Shown here: positions 50,535-62,674 of the stretch, one piece after another
Layout: every line of letters begins with the position of its first letter
How positions within the stretch are numbered: position 1 is the stretch's first letter
Assembly (NCBI GenBank): GCA_947259415.1
Contig: CAMYMI010000007.1
Span: forward strand, 35,565-99,564
DNA: 64,000 bases
Direction: 5' to 3'
Source of the DNA: an uncultured Ectothiorhodospiraceae bacterium
GTDB taxonomy: Bacteria > Pseudomonadota > Gammaproteobacteria > UBA9214
Notes under the pieces: generated by a model
Seen by the model: the letters and a program-made list of their open reading frames with translations, nothing else
Databases searched by the model: none
Told to the model about the DNA's origin: nothing
Translations under genes and position numbers: made by a program

Positions 50535-50634
50535 GGATCAAGGACAGCGGCTGAACCAGGCCACCCTGCTCTACCCGTCCCGGGCTGCCGGCCCGGTGTC
50601 CACTCCGGGTCAGACTTTCCCTGCAGGCGATCGA

Positions 50635-51951
<1,317 letters not shown>

Positions 51952-52031
51952 TCAACAATGAGTTATTCAGGCCGGCCAATACACGCGTCGACCATCCAGT
52001 AGTTGTCAGCCTGCGAGACCTTGACAGTTTA

Positions 52032-53216
52032 TCAAACCGGCTTGACAACCCACGCGCCATCTTCATGAACAATGACCCGGTCACAACCCATTGCAGCCGC
52101 ATCGCCGTTCTGCCCGGGCAGCTCGAAGAGCACCCGTTCACCAGCCGCACGCAGCGCCCTGACAGTATCAATCAGCGCTGGATCACTGTCTGCCGGTGAA
52201 AATATGGCGTCATCCGACAGGTCATACTCGCGTGTATCGAGATCGACCAGCGTCTTGAGATCCATACTGAAACCGGTGGCCGGACGCGCCCCGCCGAAGA
52301 CCTTGCCGATATCGTTGTAGCGACCACCACGCGCAATTTCCTGGCCGCGCCCGGGAACAAAGACCGCGAACACCATCCCGGTGTGGAAATTATAGCCGCG
52401 CAGCTCCGCCAGATCGTAGAACAGGACCGTGTCTGCGCGGCTGCGGCGCATGGCATCCGCTATGGCACACAGATTGTCGAGTGCCGCCATCACCTCATTA
52501 CCGGCGCCCGCAAGTGATTCGCGCGCGCTTTCCAGAATCTCGTAACCGCCGTTCAGCTCCGCCAGGCAGGCCAGTCGCCGAGCCTGTTCTCCGGTGGCAC
52601 GGCTGGCAACAAGTAGCTCGGTTATTTCGCTGCTGGCCTTGCGCTGCAGGGCATCAAACAGGGCAGTTTCCTGCTGGTCGTCAAGGCCCGCCTCCGCGGC
52701 AAGGGCGCGGAATATCCCGACATGACCAAGGTCCATGTGCACCTTGGTAATACCCATGGCAGAGAGCGATTCCAGCACCAGGTTGAGTATTTCGACATCG
52801 CTTTCAATTCCGGCATGTCCGAACAGTTCAGCACCCACTTGCAGCGGACTGCGGGTCCCGGCAAAACCGTCTGGACGGGTGCGCAACACCGTACCTGTGT
52901 AACACAGACGCGAAGGCACATCGCGTTTCAGCGGGTGCGCATCGATGCGCGCCGCCTGCGGGGTCATGTCAGCGCGCACCCCCATCAAACGCCCGGTCAA
53001 CTGGTCCGTCAGTTTGAATGTCTGCAGGTCCAGATCGTTGCCGGTCCCGGTGAGCAGTGATTCAAGATACTCGATGAATGGCGGCATGATCAGCTCAAAT
53101 CCCCAGCCGGAAAACAGGTCCAGGATTTCGCGGCGGGCTCGCTCCAGCCGCCAGGCCTCGGGCGGCAGGACCTCTTCAATGCCTTCCGGCAATAGCCATT
53201 GGTCTTTATTGCTCAT
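52032..53216 (-). CDS. hisZ: ATP phosphoribosyltransferase regulatory subunit HisZ
   Basis: Class II aaRS-like HisZ (LPEGIEEVLP...); start at MSNKDQW; between purA and DUF2065-hflC as in Pseudomonas. Confidence 0.9.
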   Translation of the reverse strand: MSNKDQWLLPEGIEEVLPPEAWRLERARREILDLFSGWGFELIMPPFIEYLESLLTGTGNDLDLQTFKLTDQLTGRLMGVRADMTPQAARIDAHPLKRDVPSRLCYTGTVLRTRPDGFAGTRSPLQVGAELFGHAGIESDVEILNLVLESLSAMGITKVHMDLGHVGIFRALAAEAGLDDQQETALFDALQRKASSEITELLVASRATGEQARRLACLAELNGGYEILESARESLAGAGNEVMAALDNLCAIADAMRRSRADTVLFYDLAELRGYNFHTGMVFAVFVPGRGQEIARGGRYNDIGKVFGGARPATGFSMDLKTLVDLDTREYDLSDDAIFSPADSDPALIDTVRALRAAGERVLFELPGQNGDAAAMGCDRVIVHEDGAWVVKPV

Positions 53217-53238
53217 CTTTCCGATAACCGTGACTTTG

Positions 53239-53433
53239 TCAGCGCACCAGGTACAGCAGGACGACACCACAGATCATGCTGACCAGCCCGGTTATTCTCA
53301 GGGTCCTGTCATCAATCTGTGAAACCGTTTGCAGCATCTTGCGCATCGATGCCGGACTGACAAACGGGACGATCCCCTCGATCACCAGTACCAGGGCCAG
53401 GGCCGCAAGCAAGTCATCCCACATCAGCATCAT
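53239..53433 (-). CDS. DUF2065 small membrane protein (YjeT-like)
   Basis: 64 aa, two TM helices, conserved position downstream of hflC. Confidence 0.7.
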   Translation of the reverse strand: MMLMWDDLLAALALVLVIEGIVPFVSPASMRKMLQTVSQIDDRTLRITGLVSMICGVVLLYLVR

Positions 53434-53498
53434 TTACCCGCAAAAAAATCCGGGCACAGGCCCGGGAGTCGCTATCCGGCAGTCGTCCCGGCTGTGAA

Positions 53499-54374
53499 CT
53501 AGCGGTCTGCGCCCGTGTTGGAGTTGAAGAACTTGAAGAACTCCGAATCCGGCTGCAGCACCAGGATGTCCTGCTTGCTGCCCAGCGCGCCGCGGTAGGC
53601 ATTCATGCTGCGGTAGAACTCGTAGAAACCCTCGTTCTGGTTATAGGCGTTGGCGTAGGTCTCGGTCGCTCTGGCATCACCCTCACCGCGGATGACTTCG
53701 GCATCACGCGCGGCCTCGGCCAGCAGCACGGTTCGCTCCCTTTCCGCAATAGCACGTATGCCCTTGGCGGCCTCTTCACCCTCTGCCCGGTGTTCACGCG
53801 CCACCCGCTCGCGTTCCGCGCGCATGCGCTGGAACACCGAGTTGCGCACGTCCTCCGGCAACTCGATCTGCTTGATGCGCACATCGACGATCTCGATGCC
53901 GAATTTCTGGACCTCATCGTTGCCCTTTGTTGTCAGGTTATCCATCATCTCGGCACGCTCGGTCGCCACGACCTCCTTGATGGTGCGGTGATCGAACTCG
54001 AGTTGCAGACCGTTCTTGATGATCTGCAACAGGCGCAGCGCCGCCTGACGTTCATCCCCTCCAAAGGATGTATAGTAAATCGCCGGGTTCTTGATCCGCC
54101 ACTTGATGAAGAAGTCCACCGAGACATTCTTTTTCTCGCCGGTCAGGAAACGTTCCGGGCGAGTATCCAGTGTCAGGATACGCTTGTCGAACTTGCGGAC
54201 ATTATTGATGAACAGCGGTTTCATGAAATGCAGGCCCGGCTCGTATTCCGAATCCACGATCTCGCCGAGCTGGAACTTGATGGCAAGCTGGCGCTCGTCC
54301 ACGATGAAAAACGACGTTGCGAGCACCACCAGGCCGAATGCTACCAACACCATAAAGATTTTCCCGGAAGCCAT
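53499..54374 (-). CDS. hflC: protease modulator HflC
   Basis: SPFH/band-7 domain, N-terminal TM; follows hflK. Confidence 0.95.
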   Translation of the reverse strand: MASGKIFMVLVAFGLVVLATSFFIVDERQLAIKFQLGEIVDSEYEPGLHFMKPLFINNVRKFDKRILTLDTRPERFLTGEKKNVSVDFFIKWRIKNPAIYYTSFGGDERQAALRLLQIIKNGLQLEFDHRTIKEVVATERAEMMDNLTTKGNDEVQKFGIEIVDVRIKQIELPEDVRNSVFQRMRAERERVAREHRAEGEEAAKGIRAIAERERTVLLAEAARDAEVIRGEGDARATETYANAYNQNEGFYEFYRSMNAYRGALGSKQDILVLQPDSEFFKFFNSNTGADR

Positions 54375-55501
54375 TAGCGTACTCCTCCCTCTCTCAACGG
54401 ACTGCGCCGGCGCTGGCCATCCTGCGCCATTCCTTCCGGGGTGGTCCTGATCTGTGTCCCTTCAGGAACCGGCTGCTGGAAGCCGGATGGTCTCTCCATC
54501 AGCTTGTCCAGCGGCAGGTACATCAGGCTGTTGCCGTCCTGAGACTGCATCACAACCTTGCTGGTGCTGGCAAGGACCGCCTCCATGGTCTCGAGGTAAA
54601 GCCGCTTGCGGGTGATCGCGGGGGCCTTCTCGTATTCCTTGAGGGTCTGCAGGAAACGGCTGGTCTCACCCTCGGCCTGCGCGATGACCTGTTCCTTGTA
54701 GCCGATAGCCTCCTCGCGCATGCGGGCGGCCTCACCGCGGGCGCGTGGCACGATGTCACGCGCATAGGCCTCCGCCTGGTTCTTGAACTTGACCTCGTCC
54801 TCCTGGGCCTTGATTGCATCCTCGAATGCGCCCTGCACCTCTTCCGGCGGCTGCGGGTCCTGCAGGTTCACACTGGTCAGGATCAGGCCGGTCTGGTAAC
54901 GATCCAGGATGGTCTGGATCAGTTCTTTGGTCTGGCGGACGATTTCACCGCGGCCACCGGTGAGGAACTGATCCATGGGGATGCCACCGATAACCTCGCG
55001 CAAGGCACTTTCCGTGGCCTCCTGCAGGGTATAGTCGGGATCGCGCACCTGGAACAGGTAATCCTTCGCGTCCTTGACCTGGTACTGCACGGCCAACTCC
55101 ACCTGGATGATGTTTTCATCCCGGGTCAGGATCTTCGCACGGTGACTGACGGTGCGCACATGGTCCACGTCGATCTTTTCCACGCTCTCGATAAAGCGCA
55201 TATACCAGTGGGGACCCGGACCGGTGAGGGTCTTGAATGTGCCCAGGCGCAAAACCACACCACGCTCCGCCGGCTGAATGAGGTAGATACCGGACAGGAC
55301 CCAGACCACCAGCAGCAGGATGGCGATCAGGCCGAGGCTGATTGAAGGCTTGGCGCCCCGGCCGCCACCGCGGCCGCCGAACAGGCGGTTGATTCTGTCG
55401 CGCATCTTGCGGACGACAGCATCCAGATCAGGTGGACCCGCACTACCGCCACGCCCACCCCAGGGATCGCGGTTATCACCACCCGGTTCATTCCAAGCCA
55501 T
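54374..55501 (-). CDS. hflK: protease modulator HflK
   Basis: SPFH/band-7 domain with Gly/Arg-rich N-terminus; precedes hflC. Confidence 0.95.
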   Translation of the reverse strand: MAWNEPGGDNRDPWGGRGGSAGPPDLDAVVRKMRDRINRLFGGRGGGRGAKPSISLGLIAILLLVVWVLSGIYLIQPAERGVVLRLGTFKTLTGPGPHWYMRFIESVEKIDVDHVRTVSHRAKILTRDENIIQVELAVQYQVKDAKDYLFQVRDPDYTLQEATESALREVIGGIPMDQFLTGGRGEIVRQTKELIQTILDRYQTGLILTSVNLQDPQPPEEVQGAFEDAIKAQEDEVKFKNQAEAYARDIVPRARGEAARMREEAIGYKEQVIAQAEGETSRFLQTLKEYEKAPAITRKRLYLETMEAVLASTSKVVMQSQDGNSLMYLPLDKLMERPSGFQQPVPEGTQIRTTPEGMAQDGQRRRSPLREGGVR

Positions 55502-55579
55502 AAAAAACTCCAGTCAAGATTATGCACACCCCGCACCGGGGTAGCGTTTTTCGATACCAGGGGTCAATTCTAATGAAGC

Positions 55580-56902
55580 CTAGGCAGTCCCCGCAAGGAG
55601 ATCATCGGAATCAGCTGAATGAAAGCGGACACCCTGCTCCGGGTCGCTGGTCAGCCTGTCGACATCACGCCTTGCCATCCTGACTTCAAGCCACCAGTCA
55701 CCCTGTTCGTCCACGTGCTCGGACAGGACGCAACCCGTCTCGAAAAGGCTGGAGCGAATAGCGCCTGCCCATGACGACAAATGCAACCATCCGTGCACCT
55801 GTTCACCCTCAAAATACTCTGTCAATGCGGCTGCCAGCAGGTCCAGGCCGTTTCCACTCATGGCCGACAGCCAGATCCTGGAAATCCTGCCCTCGGCATC
55901 ACGTTCCACCCGCGGCTCCATACCGTTGAGGTCGATCTTGTTGTAGACACACAGTTGCGGCACCTTGTCCGCACCTATTTCGCGTAATACCTCGTTGACC
56001 TGCTCGATACGCGCCCCGCGATCAGCATCCTGCACATCAACGACATGCAACAGCAGATCGGCCTTGCGGGTCTCTTCCAGCGTGGCACGGAAGGCCGCGA
56101 CCAGGTCATGTGGAAGGTGGCGTATGAAGCCAACCGTATCGGCCAGTACCAACGGTCCTACACCGCGGAGCTCGATTCGCCGCAGGGTCGGGTCCAGCGT
56201 TGCGAACATCTGGTCCGCTGTATAGGCATGGGCACCGGTGATCGCGTTAAACAGGGTCGACTTGCCGGCATTGGTGTAACCGACCAGCGATACCGAGGGC
56301 ACATCGGCCCGGCTGCGTGCCCGGCGCCCCTGGTCACGCTGACGCTCGACCTTCTCGAGGCGCTTGTTGATCATCTTGATGCGCGCATTGATCATGCGGC
56401 GATCAGATTCCAGCTGGGTCTCACCCGGCCCGCGCAGGCCGATACCACCCTTCTGGCGTTCCAGGTGAGTCCAGCCGCGCACCAGTCGGGTTGACAGGTG
56501 GCGCAACTGCGCCAGCTCGACCTGCAGCTTGCCCTCGAACGAACGCGCACGCTGGGCGAATATATCCAGTATCAGGCCCGTCCGCGCCAGCACCCTGCAG
56601 GACAGCAGCCGCTCCAGGTTGCGTTCCTGGCTGGGGCTCAGGGCGTGATTGAAGATGACGATGTCAGCCTGCGTTTCCTGAACAGTTTTGTGGATTTCTT
56701 CGGCCTTGCCATGCCCGACATACAGGCGCGGGTCCGGCGCAGTTCGCGTCGCCATGACGGTTGCAACCGGGATCGCACCCGCAGAGCGAACAAGTTCGGT
56801 GAATTCCTGGAGGTCCTCCCGGTCATTACCGGCGGGAAAGTTCACATGGACCAGAACGGCCCGCTCACCACTTTCAGGGCGTTCGAACAAACATCCACCC
56901 AA
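55580..56902 (-). CDS. hflX: ribosome-associated GTPase HflX
   Basis: G1 GYTNAGKST, G3 DTVGF, G4 NKID; downstream of hfq. Confidence 0.95.
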   Translation of the reverse strand: MGGCLFERPESGERAVLVHVNFPAGNDREDLQEFTELVRSAGAIPVATVMATRTAPDPRLYVGHGKAEEIHKTVQETQADIVIFNHALSPSQERNLERLLSCRVLARTGLILDIFAQRARSFEGKLQVELAQLRHLSTRLVRGWTHLERQKGGIGLRGPGETQLESDRRMINARIKMINKRLEKVERQRDQGRRARSRADVPSVSLVGYTNAGKSTLFNAITGAHAYTADQMFATLDPTLRRIELRGVGPLVLADTVGFIRHLPHDLVAAFRATLEETRKADLLLHVVDVQDADRGARIEQVNEVLREIGADKVPQLCVYNKIDLNGMEPRVERDAEGRISRIWLSAMSGNGLDLLAAALTEYFEGEQVHGWLHLSSWAGAIRSSLFETGCVLSEHVDEQGDWWLEVRMARRDVDRLTSDPEQGVRFHSADSDDLLAGTA

Positions 56903-56922
56903 GTAGTATAGTGGTAATGGTT

Positions 56923-57189
56923 TCAGGCATTACCCGGCTCATTTCCACTGTTGTTATCGGGAGCAGCGTCTGATCCCATGAACCTGACATTGCGCGCAGG
57001 CACGACGGTTGAAATTGCATGCTTGTAGACCATCTGGCTGACAGCATTCTTGAGAAGAACCACAAACTGGTCAAACGACTCGATCTGACCCTGCAGCTTG
57101 ATGCCATTGACCAGATAAATAGACACCGGGACTCGCTCCTTGCGAAGTGCGTTTAAAAACGGGTCTTGCAAAGATTGTCCTCTATTCAT
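56923..57189 (-). CDS. hfq: RNA chaperone Hfq
   Basis: [45 protein letters not shown] Sm1/Sm2 motifs; start at MNRGQSL. Confidence 0.95.
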   Translation of the reverse strand: MNRGQSLQDPFLNALRKERVPVSIYLVNGIKLQGQIESFDQFVVLLKNAVSQMVYKHAISTVVPARNVRFMGSDAAPDNNSGNEPGNA

Positions 57190-57304
57190 GTCATTTCTCC
57201 TTTTTCTTGTCCCATACACCAATGCACTGTCTCCCTTCGAATTCTTCTTTTGCGATCATACCGTCTCGCATCCTCTTGGGATAATACTAAAAGTCTTCAC
57301 AGAA

Positions 57305-58276
57305 TCACATGCTTATTGCCTTTTGCTCAAGCCAGCCCTGGATATGGTGCGCCACCTCCCGGGTCACATCCCCGGCCCCGGCATCAAACCACCAAGTATC
57401 CTCCTCGCTGCGCAACCAGGTCAACTGGCGCTTGGCATACTGGCGCGTCGCTACTATAGCTTGATTCACCATTTCTTCATAGCTGACCCGGCCCTCCAGC
57501 CAGGCCCACGCCTGCCGGTAACCGACCGCGCGCATGGCCGGAAGTTCACGGCCAAGGTCTGCACGCCGGAACAGCGACCGGACTTCATCAGCGAAACCCG
57601 CCGCGAGCATCGCATTGAAACGCTGCTCGATGCGGCGCTGCAATAACGCGCGATCCGCCGGAGCCAGGACCAGCTTGGACAGGCGGTAGGGTAATACCGT
57701 TGCCGGCCCCTGCGCATGGAAACTGCTCAGGGGCCGGCCGCTTAGTTCGTAGACCTCCAGTGCACGCTGAATGCGTTGCGGGTCATTCGCATGGATGCGT
57801 GCCGCCGAAACGGGATCGACCTGTTGCAGGCGCGCATGCATGGCAGCCCGGCCGAGCTGCTGCGCCTGCTCCTCGAGCAAGGCGCGCACCTCCGGATCCG
57901 CCGGCGGCATCTCCGAGAGCCCTTTTTCAAGGGCACGGAAGTAAAGCATGGTGCCGCCCACCAGCAGCGGGACGCGCCCCCGTGCTGTGATCTCAGCCAT
58001 TGCATCCAGGGCATCCGCGCGAAACTCTGCCGCTGAATAGGGTTCCGTGGGGTCGCGGATATCGATCAGGCGGTGCGGCGCGGCCCGCAGGATCTCGGCA
58101 TCCGGCTTGGCGGTGCCGATATCCATGCCCCGGTAGACCAGCGCAGAGTCGACGCTGATGATCTCAAAGGGGAACTCGTTGACCAGCTCAACGGCCACTG
58201 CGGTCTTGCCGGAGGCCGTGGGGCCCATGAGGAATACCGCGGGCGGTAATGCGCCCGGACGGGAGGGATCATTCAT
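57305..58276 (-). CDS. miaA: tRNA dimethylallyltransferase
   Basis: P-loop [24 protein letters not shown]. Confidence 0.95.
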   Translation of the reverse strand: MNDPSRPGALPPAVFLMGPTASGKTAVAVELVNEFPFEIISVDSALVYRGMDIGTAKPDAEILRAAPHRLIDIRDPTEPYSAAEFRADALDAMAEITARGRVPLLVGGTMLYFRALEKGLSEMPPADPEVRALLEEQAQQLGRAAMHARLQQVDPVSAARIHANDPQRIQRALEVYELSGRPLSSFHAQGPATVLPYRLSKLVLAPADRALLQRRIEQRFNAMLAAGFADEVRSLFRRADLGRELPAMRAVGYRQAWAWLEGRVSYEEMVNQAIVATRQYAKRQLTWLRSEEDTWWFDAGAGDVTREVAHHIQGWLEQKAISM

Positions 58277-58309
58277 AATGCGATCGATTGCTGTGGATAC
58301 CCCGAACGG

Positions 58310-60088
58310 CTAGCGCCCGCGCAGGAAGAGCTTGTCCAGCTCATCCATAGCGATCTGCACCCAGGTCGGTCTGCCATGGTTGCACTGGCCGCTGCGCTCG
58401 GTAACCTCCATTTCCCTCAGCAGGGCGTTCATTTCATCGAGCGACATGCGGCGGTTGGCACGAATCGAGCCGTGGCAGGCCATGGTGGAGAGTATCTCGT
58501 TCACCGAGGTCTCGATGCGCTGGCTACTGCCGTGTTCGAGCAGGTCGGAGAGGACATCCCGGACCAGGGCCTCGATGTCCGTGTCGTGAAGCAAGGCCGG
58601 CACCTGGCGAACGACCAGCTGCTCGGGACCCCTGCGATCGATCTCGAATCCCAATTCGCTGAACCCGGCCTGACTGGACTCGGCGACCTCTGCCTCGCGC
58701 TGGCTGACACCCAGATTGAGCGGCACCAGCAGCGGCTGGCTGCGGATCCCCTCACCCGCCTGGGACGCCTTCAGGCCCTCGTAGGTAATGCGTTCATGTG
58801 CCGCGTGCATGTCGACGAGCACCAGGCCCTGTGGATTCTGCGCCAGGATATAGACACCGTGCAGCTGGGCCAGAGCGAAGCCCAGCGGATAGTCGCCTGC
58901 CGGCTCCCCGACAGCGGAGGCAGGCGTGGCGATCGGCGCTGGCGCCGGGTGCAGCGCGGCATACCCGGCAACCTGCTCGCCGACCCCGAGAGGCATACCC
59001 GCTTGCCGGGGGAGCTGCCCAGGCCCCGTACCGATATCCAGACCTTGGAGTGGCTGTGCCGGTCGCGGTGCCGGCTGTGACCCGTCGGGGCGCACCCGGG
59101 CCAGCGCCTCGTGCAGGGTCCTGAACAGAAAGTCGTGTACCAGACGGCTGTCCCGGAAGCGCACCTCGTACTTGGTGGGGTGGGCATTGACATCCACGCC
59201 GGCGGGGTCCATGTCCAGGAACAGGACATAGGCCGGGTGCCGTCCGTGGAACAGGACATCCTGGTAGGCCTGCCGGATCGCATGCGTCACCAGCTTGTCG
59301 CGCACCATGCGCCGGTTGACATAAAAGAACTGCAGGTCGGGCTGGCTGCGCGAGAAGGTCGGCTGGGCAATCCAGCCGTGCAGTGACAGCCCGGCCCCTG
59401 CGTGCTCGACGTGGACGGCCGCCTCCATAAAGGAAGGCCCACACACCCTGGCGATGCGCCGCTCCTGCTGTTCGCGGGCTTCGGCAGACGCCAGGTGCAG
59501 GACCGGTCGCTGGTTATGCTGCAGCCGAACCTCGACGGGGAAACAGCCCAGGGCAATGCGTCGCACCACCTGCTCGATGTGCTTGAACTCGGTGTTATCC
59601 GTGCGCATGAACTTGCGTCGCGCGGGAGTGTTGTAGAACAGGTCGTGGACGTCAACGGTGGTGCCGTCGGGATGCGCCACCGGCGCACTCTGCAGTTCAT
59701 GTTCAGTGCCGTTGCTGCGCACGGACCAGCCGGCATCCGAGCCGCGCAAACATGAACTCAGGTTGAGACGCGCAACTGACGCAATACTGGGGAGTGCCTC
59801 ACCGCGAAAACCCAGGCTGCCGACGCGCTCCAGGTCCTCCAGCGAGGCGATCTTGCTGGTGGCATGGCGTGACAGGGCCAGTGGGATCTGCTCGCGCGCT
59901 ATTCCGCTGCCGTTATCACGCACCCGGATGCGGCGCTTGCCGCCCGCCTCGATATCCACCTCGATGGTGTCGGCCCCAGCATCCAGGCTGTTTTCCAGCA
60001 ATTCCTTGACCACGGAGGCCGGCCGCTCGATGACTTCGCCGGCGGCGATCTGGTTGATCAGTTCTGAAGGGAGTACCTGGATACGCAT
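58310..60088 (-). CDS. mutL: DNA mismatch repair protein MutL
   Basis: GHKL ATPase N-terminus [39 protein letters not shown]. Confidence 0.95.
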   Translation of the reverse strand: MRIQVLPSELINQIAAGEVIERPASVVKELLENSLDAGADTIEVDIEAGGKRRIRVRDNGSGIAREQIPLALSRHATSKIASLEDLERVGSLGFRGEALPSIASVARLNLSSCLRGSDAGWSVRSNGTEHELQSAPVAHPDGTTVDVHDLFYNTPARRKFMRTDNTEFKHIEQVVRRIALGCFPVEVRLQHNQRPVLHLASAEAREQQERRIARVCGPSFMEAAVHVEHAGAGLSLHGWIAQPTFSRSQPDLQFFYVNRRMVRDKLVTHAIRQAYQDVLFHGRHPAYVLFLDMDPAGVDVNAHPTKYEVRFRDSRLVHDFLFRTLHEALARVRPDGSQPAPRPAQPLQGLDIGTGPGQLPRQAGMPLGVGEQVAGYAALHPAPAPIATPASAVGEPAGDYPLGFALAQLHGVYILAQNPQGLVLVDMHAAHERITYEGLKASQAGEGIRSQPLLVPLNLGVSQREAEVAESSQAGFSELGFEIDRRGPEQLVVRQVPALLHDTDIEALVRDVLSDLLEHGSSQRIETSVNEILSTMACHGSIRANRRMSLDEMNALLREMEVTERSGQCNHGRPTWVQIAMDELDKLFLRGR

Positions 60089-60137
60089 GGGTGGTCCATG
60101 ATAACCCAACTACAACGGCCGGGCCGGCAGGCAAGCG

Positions 60138-60620
60138 TCAGTGGGCGTCCTCGGGAAACCTGAAAGTGAAATAATCGCCCAGCGCCTCCTCGATCTGGGC
60201 CTGGGTAAGCGGACGCCCGGAGAGCGGCCAGTCATAGTACTCGCAGACCATCGGCATGATCCCGGACTGGAGCTTCGATCTCAGCCGAAAGGTCTTGTAG
60301 AACCGCTTGGTATGAGGGTAATTCTCCCATTCCTGCTGGCTGCCATAGCCGGTGATCAGAAAGGTATCGGGCTGGATAACCCGGGGACCGAGATCCCTGA
60401 CCTCGAAACGGCAGGCAACCTCGAATTCACTGGCCGCCCTGGCAGCCGTCCCGTGCTGCAGCATGATATGCGCCCGTTGCGCCGGGATGGTCAGCGTCCG
60501 GTTCAACACCAGCTGCGAGCCGGGCGGTATCCTGAACCAGACCGAGCTGCGGTCATCGGTTGCCATGGACTGGCAACCGGCTAGCATCAGGGCCACTGCC
60601 AGTGCGTACAATACCTTCAT
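60138..60620 (-). CDS. hypothetical lipoprotein
   Basis: Signal peptide with lipobox LAGC (MKVLYALAVALMLAGC); inserted between amiB and mutL. Confidence 0.55.
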   Translation of the reverse strand: MKVLYALAVALMLAGCQSMATDDRSSVWFRIPPGSQLVLNRTLTIPAQRAHIMLQHGTAARAASEFEVACRFEVRDLGPRVIQPDTFLITGYGSQQEWENYPHTKRFYKTFRLRSKLQSGIMPMVCEYYDWPLSGRPLTQAQIEEALGDYFTFRFPEDAH

Positions 60621-60722
60621 ACCAACCATCCGTTCATCCATACCCATGCAGTCCAGGCAGCGTTGTAACGCACCGGGATTGACCGGGAAATGGCGCCAAA
60701 GTTCAGGGGGGGTGGTGGCGGG

Positions 60723-62087
60723 TTAGCTGTCGGCAGGCGGTATCCGCAGGGTGTCCCCAATGCGCAGGCGGTCGGATTTCAGTCTGTTATAGCCTTTCAG
60801 GCGGTTGAGACTGACATCATATCGCTGTGCGATATGGCCGAGGGTGTCACCCGCTTTGATGACGTGCTCACGCGCCGCCAGCGCCAGGTGGGTTCCGGGT
60901 GGTGCGTGACTGGCGAAATACCCCCTGATCCCGCGCAGCATGGCATGCGCCAGCGACTCCTGATGGCGCCGGTCGCGCAACTTGCGCTCTTCCGAGGGGT
61001 TGGAGATGAACGCGGTCTCGACCAGAACCGAGGGGATATCCGGGGACTTCAGCACGACAAAACCGGCCTGCTGGACCGAGGACTTGTGGGTCTTGCCGAG
61101 ACGTTTCAGTTGGCCCAGCATGTTGCCGGCCACGTCGATACTGGCCTCGATGGTCGCTGTTTGTGACAGGTCGAGCAACACCTCGGCCAGCAGGTCATCC
61201 TTGTCGTCAAGCCTCACTCCACCGGCCAGGTCCGCGGCATTTTCCTTCTCGGCCAGCCAGCGCGCCATTTCGGACGATGCGCCACGCCGCGACAGGACAT
61301 AAACAGAGGAACCGTTAACCCGCCGGTCACGGAAACCATCAGCATGAATGGATATGAACAGATCGGCCCCATGCTTGCGGGCGATGTTGATACGCTGGCG
61401 CAGTCCGATGTAGTAATCACCCTGGCGGATCATTACCGGTCGCATACCCTGTTCCTGTTCGACCAGGGCCTCCAGCCGTTTGGCAATGGACAGCACGACA
61501 TCTTTTTCACGGGTACCGCCCCGCCCGATTGCGCCCGGATCGTCACCGCCATGGCCCGCATCGATCGCGATGACCAGGTCGCGCAACCGGGTCTTCTCGG
61601 CGACCGATTTCTTTACCGTCGCCTTCTGGCTTGCGCCGGTCTCGTACAGGTCGATGACCAGTCGGTGTCCGTGCTGACCGCCCGGTTTCAGGGTGAAGCT
61701 GCGCGGCTTGGTCAGCCGTTCCAGGTCCAGCACGATTCTTAGCACGCCCTTGTCCTGCAGGGCGGTCCGGACCCCCTTGACCAGTCCGACAGCCTTCATC
61801 TGTGCCTGCAGCGAGGCCCCGATACGGGCGGCCGGGACATCGACGACCAGGCGCTCGGGATCATGCAGTGAAAACAGCGTATGCTCGATCGGACCGCTGA
61901 TATCGAAAACCACGCGGGTATGATCGGGTGCGGCCCAGAGGCGCACACCCTGCACCTCCACTGGTGCCGCACAGACCAGTGACTGGCCGACAAGCCAGAG
62001 GCAACATACTGTGATCAGCCGTTTCACGTTGTGGACCGCCCCCGGGTCACGCTGCAGATGGGCGTATCTTAGCCACAAAACCCACAA
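60723..62087 (-). CDS. amiB: N-acetylmuramoyl-L-alanine amidase (AmiB/AmiC type) with C-terminal LysM
   Basis: AMIN-like N-domain, Amidase_3 core (IDAGHGGDDPGA), C-terminal LysM (GDTLGHIAQRY...); exact start uncertain. Confidence 0.85.
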   Translation of the reverse strand: MWVLWLRYAHLQRDPGAVHNVKRLITVCCLWLVGQSLVCAAPVEVQGVRLWAAPDHTRVVFDISGPIEHTLFSLHDPERLVVDVPAARIGASLQAQMKAVGLVKGVRTALQDKGVLRIVLDLERLTKPRSFTLKPGGQHGHRLVIDLYETGASQKATVKKSVAEKTRLRDLVIAIDAGHGGDDPGAIGRGGTREKDVVLSIAKRLEALVEQEQGMRPVMIRQGDYYIGLRQRINIARKHGADLFISIHADGFRDRRVNGSSVYVLSRRGASSEMARWLAEKENAADLAGGVRLDDKDDLLAEVLLDLSQTATIEASIDVAGNMLGQLKRLGKTHKSSVQQAGFVVLKSPDIPSVLVETAFISNPSEERKLRDRRHQESLAHAMLRGIRGYFASHAPPGTHLALAAREHVIKAGDTLGHIAQRYDVSLNRLKGYNRLKSDRLRIGDTLRIPPADS

Positions 62088-62200
62088 AATTTCAAATATT
62101 ATGTTGAAACTCCATGGGATAGATTAGAAACCTCTCAGTGAGCCCAAGGGATATACGATAAGTACCTGTCACATTGTACGTTGCGGAACAAGAACATGGC

Positions 62201-62674
62201 TCACCCGGCGTCGGTCCGGCGCACATCCCGCATAGCCGCCAGCCACTGGCGACCCCGTGTGCTGGCCGCCTGCAGATCCAGCTGGCGCCCTGCGTCCCGG
62301 TAATCGATGGCGATGACCAGATCGGGCGGCGGCAACGCGCCCTCACCCTGTTCCGGCCATTCGACCAGCAGCAATTCGTTTCCGGCCATCAGGTCGCGGA
62401 TACCGATCCATTCCAGCTCATCCCCGGAGGCCAGTCGGTAAAGGTCCAGGTGATATACCGTCAACCGTCCCAGGGGATACGGTTCGATCAGCGTATAGGT
62501 CGGGCTCTTGACCTTGCCCGGAAAGCCGAGCCCGCGCAGCAGGCTGCGCACCAGCGTGGTCTTGCCAGCGCCCAGATCACCCTGGATATAAATGATGCCG
62601 GGTCCGCTCACTACCTGTGCCAGGCGCAACCCGATGTCCTTCATGGCCGCTTCATCCGCTGCGAAGAGTTTCAC
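62201..62674 (-). CDS. tsaE: tRNA threonylcarbamoyladenosine biosynthesis protein TsaE
   Basis: P-loop GDLGAGKTT and YjeE family size; precedes amiB. Confidence 0.9.
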   Translation of the reverse strand: MKLFAADEAAMKDIGLRLAQVVSGPGIIYIQGDLGAGKTTLVRSLLRGLGFPGKVKSPTYTLIEPYPLGRLTVYHLDLYRLASGDELEWIGIRDLMAGNELLLVEWPEQGEGALPPPDLVIAIDYRDAGRQLDLQAASTRGRQWLAAMRDVRRTDAG

